A DNA stretch of 64,000 nt from Minisyncoccota bacterium. Lineage in GTDB: Bacteria > Patescibacteriota > Minisyncoccia > Phycocordibacterales > UBA2100. The notes beneath the pieces are model-generated. The model searched no databases and was not told the origin of the DNA. It saw only the letters and a program-made list of their open reading frames with translations. Of this stretch, positions 41,443 through 52,870 are shown piece after piece. Within the stretch, counting starts at the first letter, position 1; every line of letters starts with the position of its first letter. A program made the position numbers and the translations under genes. Location of the stretch: the NCBI GenBank assembly GCA_043780835.1, contig JAYWCB010000001.1, positions 35,896-99,895 on the forward strand. Direction: 5' to 3'.

Positions 41443-42032
41443 ACAAATTCTTTGAGAAGGATTTCTTGGGCCTTTGCAAAAGCCTTCGCTCGATGACTAA
41501 TCTCATTTTTTTCCGCTAGCATCATGACTCCACCGGCTTTACCGCTCTCGTCGTATATGAATATCGGATCCTGCGCCATACCGTTTGTGCCAATCGGCTC
41601 GTGCGCAATGGTCCCCCGCGCAATTCCCTCACACACGCGAACACGATCATCCTCCGGATCATAAATGGTTATAACCGAACGAAATTGGGCGCCTCTCATG
41701 CCATCTGGCACATCCACCATTTTTCCAATGATAAGAGAATGTCCATTATCGTGAGTCGGTGAGGTAATCGGTTTTGTATCCACTCCCGGCCAACCATTGA
41801 GTGCATCGATTTCAAGACCTGAGTCTTCGCTCAGAACAAGCTTTCCGCTCCATTTTCCATAAGACATCGCCTTAATGATTGAATTACCTTCGAATGTCCG
41901 CCCCGGCTCTGCAACGTCTCTTGTAATGCCGATATCATCAAGGCTCATCACGATAAAAGGTGTCCCCTCTAAGAGATTCTTAATTTCTGCGATTTTGCCT
42001 TTATTTCCTGTTGCTATGAGTAGTTCTCGCAT
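41439..42032 (-). CDS. rdgB: Non-canonical purine NTP pyrophosphatase (RdgB/HAM1/ITPase)
   Basis: 'LIATGNKGKIAEI' N-terminus and a Ham1 fold. Confidence 0.85.
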
Positions 42033-42035
42033 AGT

Positions 42036-42473
42036 TTATGTGTTACAAACCCAGTCACTGTATATAACTCCATTTCGCACATGAACAAGTGCATGGGCCA
42101 CGTGAGGAGCCATTGGTGTAGGAAGACTGTCACATGCGAACCATCCGGCGTCATCGCATTTTTTAGGTTCCATGTTTTTTGGCTCGCCACTCCATTTCGT
42201 CGCCTTGAAGAAAATGTCTATATATTCAATGCCATCGTTATTGTGGAGAACATGTACTCCGTGCAGATCTTCCGGCTCGATATCTACACCAACCTCCTCT
42301 TTTGCCTCACGGATCATCGCGCTCTGTGCCGATTCCATGCCGTCTACGTGACCCGCAGGTAAATCATAGAATCCGTCGCGATAACCGGTATTCGCGCGTC
42401 TTTGCAACCAAACCCTTCCATCCTGTTCAAGTATAAGGAGCACTGCAACCGGCATTGTGAAGCGCTCCGCCAT
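42036..42473 (-). CDS. Nudix hydrolase
   Basis: Nudix box 'LPAGHVDGMESAQSAMIREAKEEVGV'. Its start overlaps the atpG stop. Confidence 0.8.
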   Translation of the reverse strand: MAERFTMPVAVLLILEQDGRVWLQRRANTGYRDGFYDLPAGHVDGMESAQSAMIREAKEEVGVDIEPEDLHGVHVLHNNDGIEYIDIFFKATKWSGEPKNMEPKKCDDAGWFACDSLPTPMAPHVAHALVHVRNGVIYSDWVCNT

Positions 42474-42476
42474 AGA

Positions 42477-43391
42477 CTAGCGCATTGCTTCCATGCCGGA
42501 GGTGATTTCTGAAACTTCGCGAGTGATCGCGGCCTGACGTACCTTGTTGAAAAGTCGAGTGAGGTTGTGTGCCATTTCTTTTGCTTTGTCAGTTGCACTC
42601 TTCATTGAAACCATGCGAGCGGAGTGTTCCGAGGCCTTACTCTCAAGGAGACCGTGGTACACGGCGATGTTCAATAGTTTAGGCAGAAGCACTGCAAGCA
42701 CCGCATCAGCATCCGGTTCGATTTCGTATGATGCCGGAGCTGCGGTAACTTCTTCCGACGGCGCATATTTACCGCGAGCAGGTCGAATGCCTTTAACAGT
42801 TTCTCGCATGAGCTCGGCGGTAATCGGTACGATCTGCCGAATCATCGGTTCTTGTTCAAACGTTGATACAAAGTTTTGGTACGCAATAATAGCAGTGCCG
42901 ATTTCTCCGGAAACATGCCAGGAAAGAATCAAATCGGTGACGACGCGCATTTCTGCCTCGGTCACATCATCGCGCTTATTGAGATCGCGCAACCGCACAT
43001 CGTATCCACGATTGTGAAAGTAATCCCCTCCGCGGCGTCCGATACACGCCATTACGATATTTTCTTTCGAAAGTCCGCGTGCAGCAATTTCTGTCTCGAC
43101 TTTTCGTATAACCGCGCTGTTCAATGATCCCGCAAGTCCTTTGTCGGACGTGACAACAATAAACGCGATTTTACCGGCGCGTTCGCTCATCAACGGATGG
43201 CGCGACATATCAGCAGTGCTGGAAATGCGCTCTAGTACCGTAAGCGCAGCAGCGGCATACGAGCGGCCGGAAAGCGCACGCTCTTGAGCTTTGCGCATTT
43301 TGACCGCAGAAACAGCCTCCATGGCATGAGTAACAGTTCCCGTCTTCTTATACGAGATTATTTTCGATTTAATTGTTTTCAGGTTTGCCAT
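42477..43391 (-). CDS. atpG: F-type ATP synthase gamma subunit
   Basis: 'MANLKTIKSKIISYKKTGTVTHAMEAVSAVKMRKAQE' is a classic gamma N-terminus. Confidence 0.9.
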   Translation of the reverse strand: MANLKTIKSKIISYKKTGTVTHAMEAVSAVKMRKAQERALSGRSYAAAALTVLERISSTADMSRHPLMSERAGKIAFIVVTSDKGLAGSLNSAVIRKVETEIAARGLSKENIVMACIGRRGGDYFHNRGYDVRLRDLNKRDDVTEAEMRVVTDLILSWHVSGEIGTAIIAYQNFVSTFEQEPMIRQIVPITAELMRETVKGIRPARGKYAPSEEVTAAPASYEIEPDADAVLAVLLPKLLNIAVYHGLLESKASEHSARMVSMKSATDKAKEMAHNLTRLFNKVRQAAITREVSEITSGMEAMR

Positions 43392-43396
43392 GTTTT

Positions 43397-43534
43397 TTAT
43401 GCACCGAGTGCGCCACGTATGTATGCCTTCACAAAGTAGTATCCCACCTTCAAAAACGGAAAGATCAAAATCAGAATTCCGATTAGTATCAGAATTTTGA
43501 AAAGCCGACTCGATTTAGGCTTTTCGGATGGCAT
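43397..43534 (-). CDS. Possible small (45 aa) single-TM protein between atpA and atpG
   Basis: An ATG 1 nt after the atpA stop gives 'MPSEKPKSSRLFKILILIGILILIFPFLKVGYYFVKAYIRGALGA'. It fills an otherwise unusual 144-bp gap in a compact operon. No clear SD. Confidence 0.3.
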   Translation of the reverse strand: MPSEKPKSSRLFKILILIGILILIFPFLKVGYYFVKAYIRGALGA

Positions 43535-43535
43535 A

Positions 43536-45104
43536 CTATTTGATCGTAAACAGTTCCGGATGCGCAAGCTTGAATTCTTCGCCGGCTTTGAGAATCGCTT
43601 CCTTTGATTCATCCGAAAGCAGAGCGGTTGTTTTGATCGCTTCGAGCACCTGCGAGTATTGTCCATCGAGGAAATCAAGGAATAATCGCTCGACTTCGGT
43701 CACCTTTACTACGGGAGCCTGATTAAGAAAACCCTTTCCTGCAATAAACAGAATTGCTACTTGTTTTTCGAGAGGTATCGGATGACCGTTTTTTTGCTTC
43801 AAGACTTCCACCATGCGCTGACCGGATGCGATACGATCTGCCGTTGCCTTATCAAGGTCGGACGCGAATTGCATAAACGCTTCCAGTTCGCGAAACTGTG
43901 CAAGCTCGAGCTTCAAACCGCCTGCAACACCTTTCATAGACTTTGTTTGCGCGGCAGATCCTACACGTGATACCGAAATACCCACGTCGATCGCCGGACG
44001 GATTCCTTTGTTGAACAATTCTGCAGTAAGAAACATCTGACCGTCGGTGATCGAAATTACGTTCGTCGGAATGTAGCCTGATACGTCGCCTTCCTGTGTT
44101 TCCACAATCGGGAGCGCGGTGATTGATCCCCCACCCTTTTCTTCCGAAAGGCGCGCAGCGCGCTCGAGCAATCGGGAGTGCAAATAGAACACATCTCCGG
44201 GATACGCTTCGCGACCCGGTGGGCGTCGGAGCAAGAGCGAGAGTTCACGATACGCGACCGCTTGCTTCGAAAGGTCGTCGTAAATGATGAGCACATCCTT
44301 TCCCTTATCCATAAAGTACTCGCCGATTGATACGCCCGAAAATGGTGCAAGGTATTGCAGCGCAGCCGGTGCAGATGCCGGCGCATCAACGATGATCGTG
44401 TATTCAAGCGCACCTGTTTCTCGCAACTGCTGCACAATGCGCGCAGTCTTACTTTCTTTCTGACCGATAGCGACATAAATACAAATCGGTCGTTTGTCTT
44501 CCGGTTCGTTTTTTTGGTTGATGATCGCATCGATGGCAACAGTTGTTTTGCCGGTACCTCGATCGCCGATGATGAGCTCGCGTTGACCGCGACCGATCGG
44601 AATCATCGCGTCAATTGCTTTGATACCCGTTTGGAGCGGTACCGAAACTGACTTGCGATCAATGACGCCCGATGCTTCTCGCTCTACGGGCATCATAGTG
44701 GTATTGGTAAACGGCCCTTTGCCGTCTATCGGTTCACCAAGCACATTTACCACGCGTCCGAGCATGCTCTCTCCGGCAGGAATGGAAAGAACCTTGCCCG
44801 TTGATTTAACGGTCATGCCCTCCTTCACGCGCGAGGTGTCACCGAGAATCGTTGCCTTCACGCCGTCCTCTTCAAGATTCAAAATCAGCCCCCAGAGCAC
44901 ATCTGATTCCTCAACTGCGTCAGCAAGCGTCTTTCCTTTCTCTTCGTCGAAAATGATGATTTCAGACATCACGGAGCGCGAAAGTCCGTCGATTGCAACC
45001 ACGCCGTCGCCCACCGACACCACGCGACCCACGTGTTCGCCATGCGTTTTGGGAGAAAGGTGTTCGATCTCCTTGATGATCTTCTGTACCGTTGATGAAT
45101 CCAT
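43536..45104 (-). CDS. atpA: F-type ATP synthase alpha subunit
   Basis: 'GDRGTGKT' P-loop, full length 522 aa. Confidence 0.95.
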   Translation of the reverse strand: MDSSTVQKIIKEIEHLSPKTHGEHVGRVVSVGDGVVAIDGLSRSVMSEIIIFDEEKGKTLADAVEESDVLWGLILNLEEDGVKATILGDTSRVKEGMTVKSTGKVLSIPAGESMLGRVVNVLGEPIDGKGPFTNTTMMPVEREASGVIDRKSVSVPLQTGIKAIDAMIPIGRGQRELIIGDRGTGKTTVAIDAIINQKNEPEDKRPICIYVAIGQKESKTARIVQQLRETGALEYTIIVDAPASAPAALQYLAPFSGVSIGEYFMDKGKDVLIIYDDLSKQAVAYRELSLLLRRPPGREAYPGDVFYLHSRLLERAARLSEEKGGGSITALPIVETQEGDVSGYIPTNVISITDGQMFLTAELFNKGIRPAIDVGISVSRVGSAAQTKSMKGVAGGLKLELAQFRELEAFMQFASDLDKATADRIASGQRMVEVLKQKNGHPIPLEKQVAILFIAGKGFLNQAPVVKVTEVERLFLDFLDGQYSQVLEAIKTTALLSDESKEAILKAGEEFKLAHPELFTIK

Positions 45105-45134
45105 AGTGCTGTTGTTAATTAGAGTTGAGTGCTG

Positions 45135-45536
45135 TTATACGCGCGTGACGCTGTTATAAAGATCCAGTAATTGTCTTTTGTAAGAAGCGTCCACGAGCCT
45201 CTCGTTGCCCTCGAGGCGCCAGCCGCCGATCAATGTATCGTCAACTTGCGTCTTGAGAGTATCGAGCTCGATCGCGAGATCTCCCGTGAGCGCACTGATA
45301 TATTCTTTTGTTTCTTTCTTTGCGTGGGCTAAGTCTTCTTCACGTGCAACCGAAAGCGTGTAGTCCGTCTTTCGTGCCTCGCGCTCCGCAATGCGCGCAA
45401 ACGCATGCGCTACGCGCGGCATGAGAATTGCGCGGCCCTCACGCGTGAGCCGATCATGGATTGCATGTACTGCATCCTTCGCATCCATCCCGTTGGATAC
45501 GAGTTGCCAGAGTGCCTGTGCGTACATTTTTTCCAT
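45135..45536 (-). CDS. atpH: F-type ATP synthase delta subunit (OSCP)
   Basis: Operon position and OSCP-like helical sequence. 133 aa is short for delta. Confidence 0.75.
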   Translation of the reverse strand: MEKMYAQALWQLVSNGMDAKDAVHAIHDRLTREGRAILMPRVAHAFARIAEREARKTDYTLSVAREEDLAHAKKETKEYISALTGDLAIELDTLKTQVDDTLIGGWRLEGNERLVDASYKRQLLDLYNSVTRV

Positions 45537-45541
45537 ACGAT

Positions 45542-45997
45542 TTAATGTGCGTGCGACTTGGTGCGAAGGATCTTCTCGGCAGCTAGAACCGCTGCACGTG
45601 TGATTTCTTTTTCGCTTTCCATCAGCGCCTGTCGTTTCGCTTCCTCGGCGCGAGCGGTCGCATCGAGCATCACTGCGTGTGCCTTGTGCTCCGCCTCTTT
45701 CACGAGCTCAAGTCCTTTCTCGTCGGCACGTGCGCGTGCCGCTGCGACGAGCGCTTCCGCTTCGCGCGCGGCATTCCCGACAATTCCCTCACCCTGCTCT
45801 TTTGAATGCGCAAGCACCCGATCCGCTTCTTGAGCGGAGCGAACACCTTCGGCAACCATTTCTTTACGCTTTGCAATCATGTTCATGACCGGCGTGTACA
45901 AGAAATACGTTAAGCCTCCGAGCAGCACGGCAAAATTCACCGCCTGAATAATCAGGAGGCGCAGGTCCAAACCAAATGCTGTTACGAGACCATTCAT
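45542..45997 (-). CDS. atpF: F-type ATP synthase subunit b
   Basis: N-terminal TM, then a long charged Ala/Glu/Arg/Lys-rich helix. Confidence 0.8.
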   Translation of the reverse strand: MNGLVTAFGLDLRLLIIQAVNFAVLLGGLTYFLYTPVMNMIAKRKEMVAEGVRSAQEADRVLAHSKEQGEGIVGNAAREAEALVAAARARADEKGLELVKEAEHKAHAVMLDATARAEEAKRQALMESEKEITRAAVLAAEKILRTKSHAH

Positions 45998-46008
45998 ACA
46001 GGGCGAGG

Positions 46009-46236
46009 TTAGACGAACTTAATAATGAATGCGACCACGAGTGCGAGAATGCCAAGTGCCTCAGAAAACACGATCGGAAGAATCATGTTCGAGACGATCT
46101 TGCCTGCTGCATCCGGATTGCGTCCGATAGCTTCCATAGCGCCTGCTCCGATGAGTCCCACGCCGATACCCGGCCCAAGCACGCCGAAGCCTGCTGCGAT
46201 CGCCATACCGACGAGTCGTGCTGAATCAATATCCAT
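46009..46236 (-). CDS. atpE: F-type ATP synthase subunit c
   Basis: 'GLIGAGAMEAIGRNPDAAGKI...FSEALGILALVVAF' c-ring hairpin with a conserved carboxylate. Confidence 0.9.
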   Translation of the reverse strand: MDIDSARLVGMAIAAGFGVLGPGIGVGLIGAGAMEAIGRNPDAAGKIVSNMILPIVFSEALGILALVVAFIIKFV

Positions 46237-46304
46237 AGGATTCGATAGATTTTCTATTAATAATTCGGCCTTACTTTATCACAAAGCCGCACCGAAGCCA
46301 TTAA

Positions 46305-47132
46305 TTAATGACTTCCGTGCGGTTCCGCGATTGCCATTTTGACGAAAAACAGGGTCAGGAGCGCAAACACCGCGCCCTGCACAATCCCGACAAACATTTC
46401 AAACGCCATTACGGGAGCGGGCAGGAAGTACGGGACAAAGAATGAGACAACGGCGATCAACACTTCCCCTGCAAATATGTTGCCAAACAATCGGAATGAG
46501 AAGGAAATAAATCGCGAGAGCTCTGACACAAGCTCGATAATGCCGACAACGAAATTTATCGGAGACGTAAAGTTAATAAATTTACCGGCATATTTGAATA
46601 CGCCGAGCGCAAAAATACCGGCGAATTCGATAACAAACATAACAATAAACGTGAGCGCGAGCGTGACGTTCAAATCGGTGTTTACTGAACGCAGAAGCGG
46701 AACTTTTTCACCGGCGTGCTGAACGAGTATGGAACCGATGCCCGGCGTGAATTCGAGTAAGTTGGACGTTGCTATAAACAAAAAGAGTGTAAGCAGAAGC
46801 GGGAAAATTCGACGAGCCCATACCTTATCTTCCAGCGTTGTCTCAATAAATTCCTCAATATAGCCAAACAAGAGTTCAATAAACGTTTGAAATTTGCCCG
46901 GAATGATATTGAGATTCGCTCGAACGTAAATCGCAAACGCAAACAGTACAACCATCACCAGCCAACTCATCAACAGCGTATTCGTCAGTGGTATACCGAA
47001 AAACGTTCCGATTTGCTCGGCATGGAGTACAACGTGGATACCGCTCTTATGTGCAGCCTCCACGACGGGTTGTGTGATCACTGGTTCCGGCATGTTGGCG
47101 CGATAATAGCACGCTTTGCAGCCAAAAAACAC
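46305..47132 (-). CDS. atpB: F-type ATP synthase subunit a
   Basis: Polytopic, with the conserved 'LSRFISFSFRLFGNIFAGEVL' Arg-containing helix. Confidence 0.85.
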   Translation of the reverse strand: MFFGCKACYYRANMPEPVITQPVVEAAHKSGIHVVLHAEQIGTFFGIPLTNTLLMSWLVMVVLFAFAIYVRANLNIIPGKFQTFIELLFGYIEEFIETTLEDKVWARRIFPLLLTLFLFIATSNLLEFTPGIGSILVQHAGEKVPLLRSVNTDLNVTLALTFIVMFVIEFAGIFALGVFKYAGKFINFTSPINFVVGIIELVSELSRFISFSFRLFGNIFAGEVLIAVVSFFVPYFLPAPVMAFEMFVGIVQGAVFALLTLFFVKMAIAEPHGSH

Positions 47133-47168
47133 CCCGTCCGGGTGTTTTTTTGGACTGAAGTGGTGAAC

Positions 47169-47798
47169 TTAGTTCGTCTTTTTTGGCGGAAGCAACACAT
47201 TGTCTATAACAATAACGACACCGTTGGTTCCTTCGTACTGAGTAATAACAACAGCACTATTGACCATAGGGATCTTATCGATTCCGTAGCTGAAATTGAG
47301 CGCATCGCGCGAGAGTGCCTCTATCGTGCCAACCTGCATCTGATCAACGTCAACTGCGCGTCCGGAGACGACGTGGTATTGAATCAATCGCTTCTTTTCG
47401 GCCAGTGTCATGGCGCTGACTGTTCCCGGAGGAAGCTGCGCGAACGCACCATTTGTAGGAACAAAAATTGTGTATTTTGTTTGCGATTTTGGATTGATCG
47501 TAGCTGCAATGCCGGTCGAGCGGAAGTACGCATTGAATGTCGATGCGCTTGCAAGACCTCGAACGATTGTTACTACGTCTTGATTTCGCTTGCTCGTTTC
47601 TTTTTTGACGCTTATTGGTCCGGATTTTTTAGTGCCCGTGGTAGGTGTGGTCGAAGACGCATGCTCGGGGCCGCTCGTCGCGCTACCGAGGGGAGACAGC
47701 GAGCCCAGCGGTCGATTTGCTGAAAGCCACCACAGTCCGAGAGCGGCGATTACAATCAGACTCACCGCACCCACCCAAATGCCCTTGTTTTGATTCAT
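47169..47798 (-). CDS. Fasciclin (FAS1) domain secreted/anchored protein
   Basis: N-terminal TM, then 'YTIFVPTNGAFAQLPPGTV...LQYHVVSG' FAS1 motifs. Confidence 0.7.
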   Translation of the reverse strand: MNQNKGIWVGAVSLIVIAALGLWWLSANRPLGSLSPLGSATSGPEHASSTTPTTGTKKSGPISVKKETSKRNQDVVTIVRGLASASTFNAYFRSTGIAATINPKSQTKYTIFVPTNGAFAQLPPGTVSAMTLAEKKRLIQYHVVSGRAVDVDQMQVGTIEALSRDALNFSYGIDKIPMVNSAVVITQYEGTNGVVIVIDNVLLPPKKTN

Positions 47799-47854
47799 AA
47801 TGTAGAGATTACTATAATGTCCTGCCTCTTCGACAGGACTCCCTTAAAGACGCG

Positions 47855-48733
47855 CTAATTGTAGCGCTTTTTCATAAACGCCGCCATGACGCGTTTGAGG
47901 GGCTGCTCCTTGTCTGTGAAGCCGTGATCTGATTCCGGTATAATAGAAACCTCCCCCGTGTAGATAAATTTTGTAAACCACGCTGCCAAATCTTCAGCCG
48001 ATCGGTCTGAATACTCATCATTTTCTGCCAAAACTGCTAAAACAGGTAGTTGTACCTTTATTAGCGTCTTTGGCAGCAGTTTTGGTGTTGCATAGCAAAA
48101 GATTTCTTCAGGAGAATCCGGTGTATATAGACTAATAAAGCGCTGCGCATCACACTTAAATTCGCCTGAAAGATTGTCCGGAATCATTGCGTGCGGCTTG
48201 CCTGCTTTGACGAGCGCACGAGCTGTAGCAAGAGCTTTTTTGTATGAGCGATTTTTGTTGTCGAGATGCATGTAGGATGCGTAGTCGCTAATTGGCGCGA
48301 GAATCATAATCCCCTTCACATTCTGTATGTTTCCCTTGGAAGCAAAGTATATTGACTTCTGACATCCGGTCGAGTGCCCGGCAAGGAAAATCTCTTTGAC
48401 ACCCTGTCCGCGTACAAAATTGAGCGCGCCATCAATATCGTCTACACAGTCTCTAAATACCTCGTGCGCACAACCTGCTAGTATCCATTTCTGTTTTTTT
48501 GATTTTTTTATATTTTTCGTGACAAAGTTCATTAACCCATGTCCGCGGTTGTTGAATGTGAGGACAGCAGTTTTCTTATCAACGAGTTCCAGTGCTCGAC
48601 GCATAGAAAACGCGCTTGACATAAGCCCGTGCACGAGCACAACGGCTTGCTCAGGACGTGAGGGACCAAACCAGAGCCCGTTCAAATGGACCCCTGTAGG
48701 GGTCTCAATGTGGACGACATGTGCTGGTCGCAT
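47855..48733 (-). CDS. Alpha/beta-hydrolase fold protein
   Basis: Nucleophile elbow 'GHSTGC' and a downstream His region. Confidence 0.7.
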   Translation of the reverse strand: MRPAHVVHIETPTGVHLNGLWFGPSRPEQAVVLVHGLMSSAFSMRRALELVDKKTAVLTFNNRGHGLMNFVTKNIKKSKKQKWILAGCAHEVFRDCVDDIDGALNFVRGQGVKEIFLAGHSTGCQKSIYFASKGNIQNVKGIMILAPISDYASYMHLDNKNRSYKKALATARALVKAGKPHAMIPDNLSGEFKCDAQRFISLYTPDSPEEIFCYATPKLLPKTLIKVQLPVLAVLAENDEYSDRSAEDLAAWFTKFIYTGEVSIIPESDHGFTDKEQPLKRVMAAFMKKRYN

Positions 48734-48750
48734 ATAGTCAATATATAGAT

Positions 48751-49377
48751 CTATTTTGTTTTTTCTGCAATCGCGAGATTTTGGTCGATAGCGATATTTC
48801 GTGTGACGAGCGCGAGCTTAAGCTCGTCCTGCGACTTAGGCATTTTTTTGGTATCAATGCGTCCAACGATTTTGATCGTGACATTCTTACACATGCCGAG
48901 TGCTTTTGCGGGATTCCTTTTTTTTCCGTTTACCGTTACGAAATCATGATGATCCAAAAGAATATCGATGGTGTTGTGAATACGAGGGTTCATTGCATCA
49001 CCGATCACACGTAGACCGATTTCCTCGTGCACAAACTCACGGCCGCAATTTACATCTCGAGCAGTAGAAGTTGAAGCAGGCACGACCTCTATTACGGTTC
49101 CATAGGGCAACTCGTCGGCAAGATCCGGAGATCGAGCTGCGATTATATCGGGATCCGTATACGCTCCAATTGAAGTCAGAAACGGAGTCGAGTCTGTCTG
49201 TCCAACAACTGCGTTATAAGCAGTCATTTTGACGACAAGAGTCGGATATATAGACTGCTCCGGCGTCACCTCGACAGAGTCGTTGGTCTGGGCAAATGCC
49301 ACAGGAACGAAACTTTGCAAAAGAAAAACGCCCGTAACGGCCGTTGTTATGAATCCTGTCATGCGCTGCCAGGTCAC
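48751..49377 (-). CDS. Secreted 3D/YuiC-like (RlpA-like barrel) domain protein
   Basis: Signal peptide. Has 'GQTDSTPFLTSIGAYTDPDIIAA...LPYGTVIEV...VIGDAMNPRIHNTIDILL'. Confidence 0.55.
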   Translation of the reverse strand: MTWQRMTGFITTAVTGVFLLQSFVPVAFAQTNDSVEVTPEQSIYPTLVVKMTAYNAVVGQTDSTPFLTSIGAYTDPDIIAARSPDLADELPYGTVIEVVPASTSTARDVNCGREFVHEEIGLRVIGDAMNPRIHNTIDILLDHHDFVTVNGKKRNPAKALGMCKNVTIKIVGRIDTKKMPKSQDELKLALVTRNIAIDQNLAIAEKTK

Positions 49378-49532
49378 CCCAGCTCAAAAACAGTAGCATT
49401 TTTGAATACCCGAGTCAATGGTTTAATATGGCTCTGTTGAGCCATATTTATGCCACTTAATTTGACAGGACGCGAGAATGTCAGTCAAATTAAGTGTATT
49501 TTTGTCGCGTGTATTTTACAGATTTGACAAAT

Positions 49533-51213
<1,681 letters not shown>

Positions 51214-51302
51214 GGCTTTGACACAGCAATTACTACAACCGCCTCAGCAATAGCGTATCGCTCGAAAACCCGCTATACATACAGCGGGAAACAGACTAAG
51301 AG

Positions 51303-51794
51303 GTGCGGGGAATGCCACGAAAATCACAACTCAATCTGCACGAGTTCTCAAAAGACTGGCGAGCGGTAACGCTTGCCATATGTACGAATGCTTCGTTTTG
51401 GATGGAAGATAGACATCTCTCCTCAGTGGAGGGATTCATTCAAGGTATTAGATTTCGGCCTGGTACGGAGAGGCGTGAAAACGCATTTCGCTCTTTGCAG
51501 GTGACCGCTCAAATAATCGGAAAAAATGCCCAACGCACGTGGATCTGGTGGAAAGGCAAACAGGTTCGCTATGGCTCAAAAAAGCATAAGGAATATATAG
51601 AGCGGGCGTTTCGCGCACGTATTATGAAAGATCCTCGTGCGCAGTTGGCACTGACTGCCTGCCAGAACGTTACATTCGTCTATAAACCCAAGCGCAATGA
51701 GCCGCGCATGTCGCTGCGAGGTGCACATATTTCCGCAATCTTTTCAAAACTCCGAGACGAATTGATTAAAACAGCGACACTGAAGCCGCGATAG
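51303..51794 (+). CDS. Hypothetical basic protein
   Basis: Isolated plus-strand ORF of 163 aa. It is K/R-rich and I recognise no family. Confidence 0.4.
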   Translation: MRGMPRKSQLNLHEFSKDWRAVTLAICTNASFWMEDRHLSSVEGFIQGIRFRPGTERRENAFRSLQVTAQIIGKNAQRTWIWWKGKQVRYGSKKHKEYIERAFRARIMKDPRAQLALTACQNVTFVYKPKRNEPRMSLRGAHISAIFSKLRDELIKTATLKPR

Positions 51795-51878
51795 CTTACG
51801 TGAAGGAAATAGAAAAGGCCGCGACGAATCGCGGCCTTTGTTTTTGAAGAACTCCGTGGGATTAATGTTCGCCAGCGA

Positions 51879-52778
51879 CTAGCCCTTGCCGCCGTGACCG
51901 AGCAGCAGGCTCATGTCATCGACGTGCATTGCCGTCATCATGAATGGCGACATACCGCTCGTCAGACTGTCGGAGCTGTGCATCGAGTAGTCCTCGGTGT
52001 GGCTCGAGTAGCTACCGGGACCCTCGTGCGAGAACTGATTGTGCACATCAATAGACGAATCGCGGGCCACACCGTGGTTACCGAAGATGTCGTCGTACTG
52101 CGTGAACGATCCGGCGCGCACGATCAATTGGTTCGAGTCGAACGAGTCGTTGCCGAACTGCATATGCCTGGTGTCGATCAGCGTATCGCGGAAGGCGAAG
52201 CCATCCAACGATTCGAAAATCGATTGCACATGCACGCCGGCACCTTCATGTATCTCCAGGTGGCTCGCGTCGTTTTGGAACGAGCCAATCTGCAGATGCG
52301 AGAAGTCCGACGACACATCTCGGAACGAGAAGTTGTCGGACGTACCGAACCACGAGTCGCTGTGGATCGCCGCAAATTCGCTCGACTGGTAGTGACTGGA
52401 CGACACATCGTAACCCGGCGCACTAAACCACGAGCCAAACCCCGACGTCGAACTGACGTTGTACGAGCTCGTGTGGCCGAACCAGCTGTACTGGTCGACC
52501 GTATCGATCGAGAAGTTTGCGAACTGGTAGTTGCCGCCCGAGAACGGGCCATTTTGGAAGTAGTCGCTGCTGAAGGAGCTTACATCGTAATGATGACGTT
52601 GCTCGACGACCGGGAACGAATATCCGAAGAACGGAACGGGCGAAACCGAGCCGATCATTGCAACCGGTGATGAAACCAAACTCATCGCAGGATCAGCGTA
52701 GCCGCCAAAATTGCCGTAGAGGTTTTCGAAACCAAACATATCGTCGTACAAACCGTAGCCAGTCAATCCGCTGCGCAT
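51879..52778 (-). CDS. Low-complexity FG/SxF/Asp-rich protein, compositionally atypical (high GC3)
   Basis: 299 aa rich in F, S, D, G, Y, H with repeated FG/GFG/SWFG/FGNDSFDSNQ-like motifs. The minus frame shows strong C/G third positions (ttc, tcg, gac, tac). The antisense ORF 51894..52670 is the in-register Arg/Val-rich mirror. Confidence 0.45.
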   Translation of the reverse strand: MRSGLTGYGLYDDMFGFENLYGNFGGYADPAMSLVSSPVAMIGSVSPVPFFGYSFPVVEQRHHYDVSSFSSDYFQNGPFSGGNYQFANFSIDTVDQYSWFGHTSSYNVSSTSGFGSWFSAPGYDVSSSHYQSSEFAAIHSDSWFGTSDNFSFRDVSSDFSHLQIGSFQNDASHLEIHEGAGVHVQSIFESLDGFAFRDTLIDTRHMQFGNDSFDSNQLIVRAGSFTQYDDIFGNHGVARDSSIDVHNQFSHEGPGSYSSHTEDYSMHSSDSLTSGMSPFMMTAMHVDDMSLLLGHGGKG

Positions 52779-52870
52779 GAATGTGCTCCACGTATCTCTA
52801 TAAACGTCCCCACGGACGCTAGGATGAAGAATAGCACACTATTGACCGCTTGTCAACTATGTGTCAATAA

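Noticed and set aside
51894-52670. 258-aa Arg/Val-rich plus-strand ORF
   Set aside because: It is the in-register antisense of the high-GC3 low-complexity gene. Its composition (codon position 1 G/C-rich) is what the mirror of a GC3-biased gene produces. The minus frame is the more plausible coding strand, though neither is proven.
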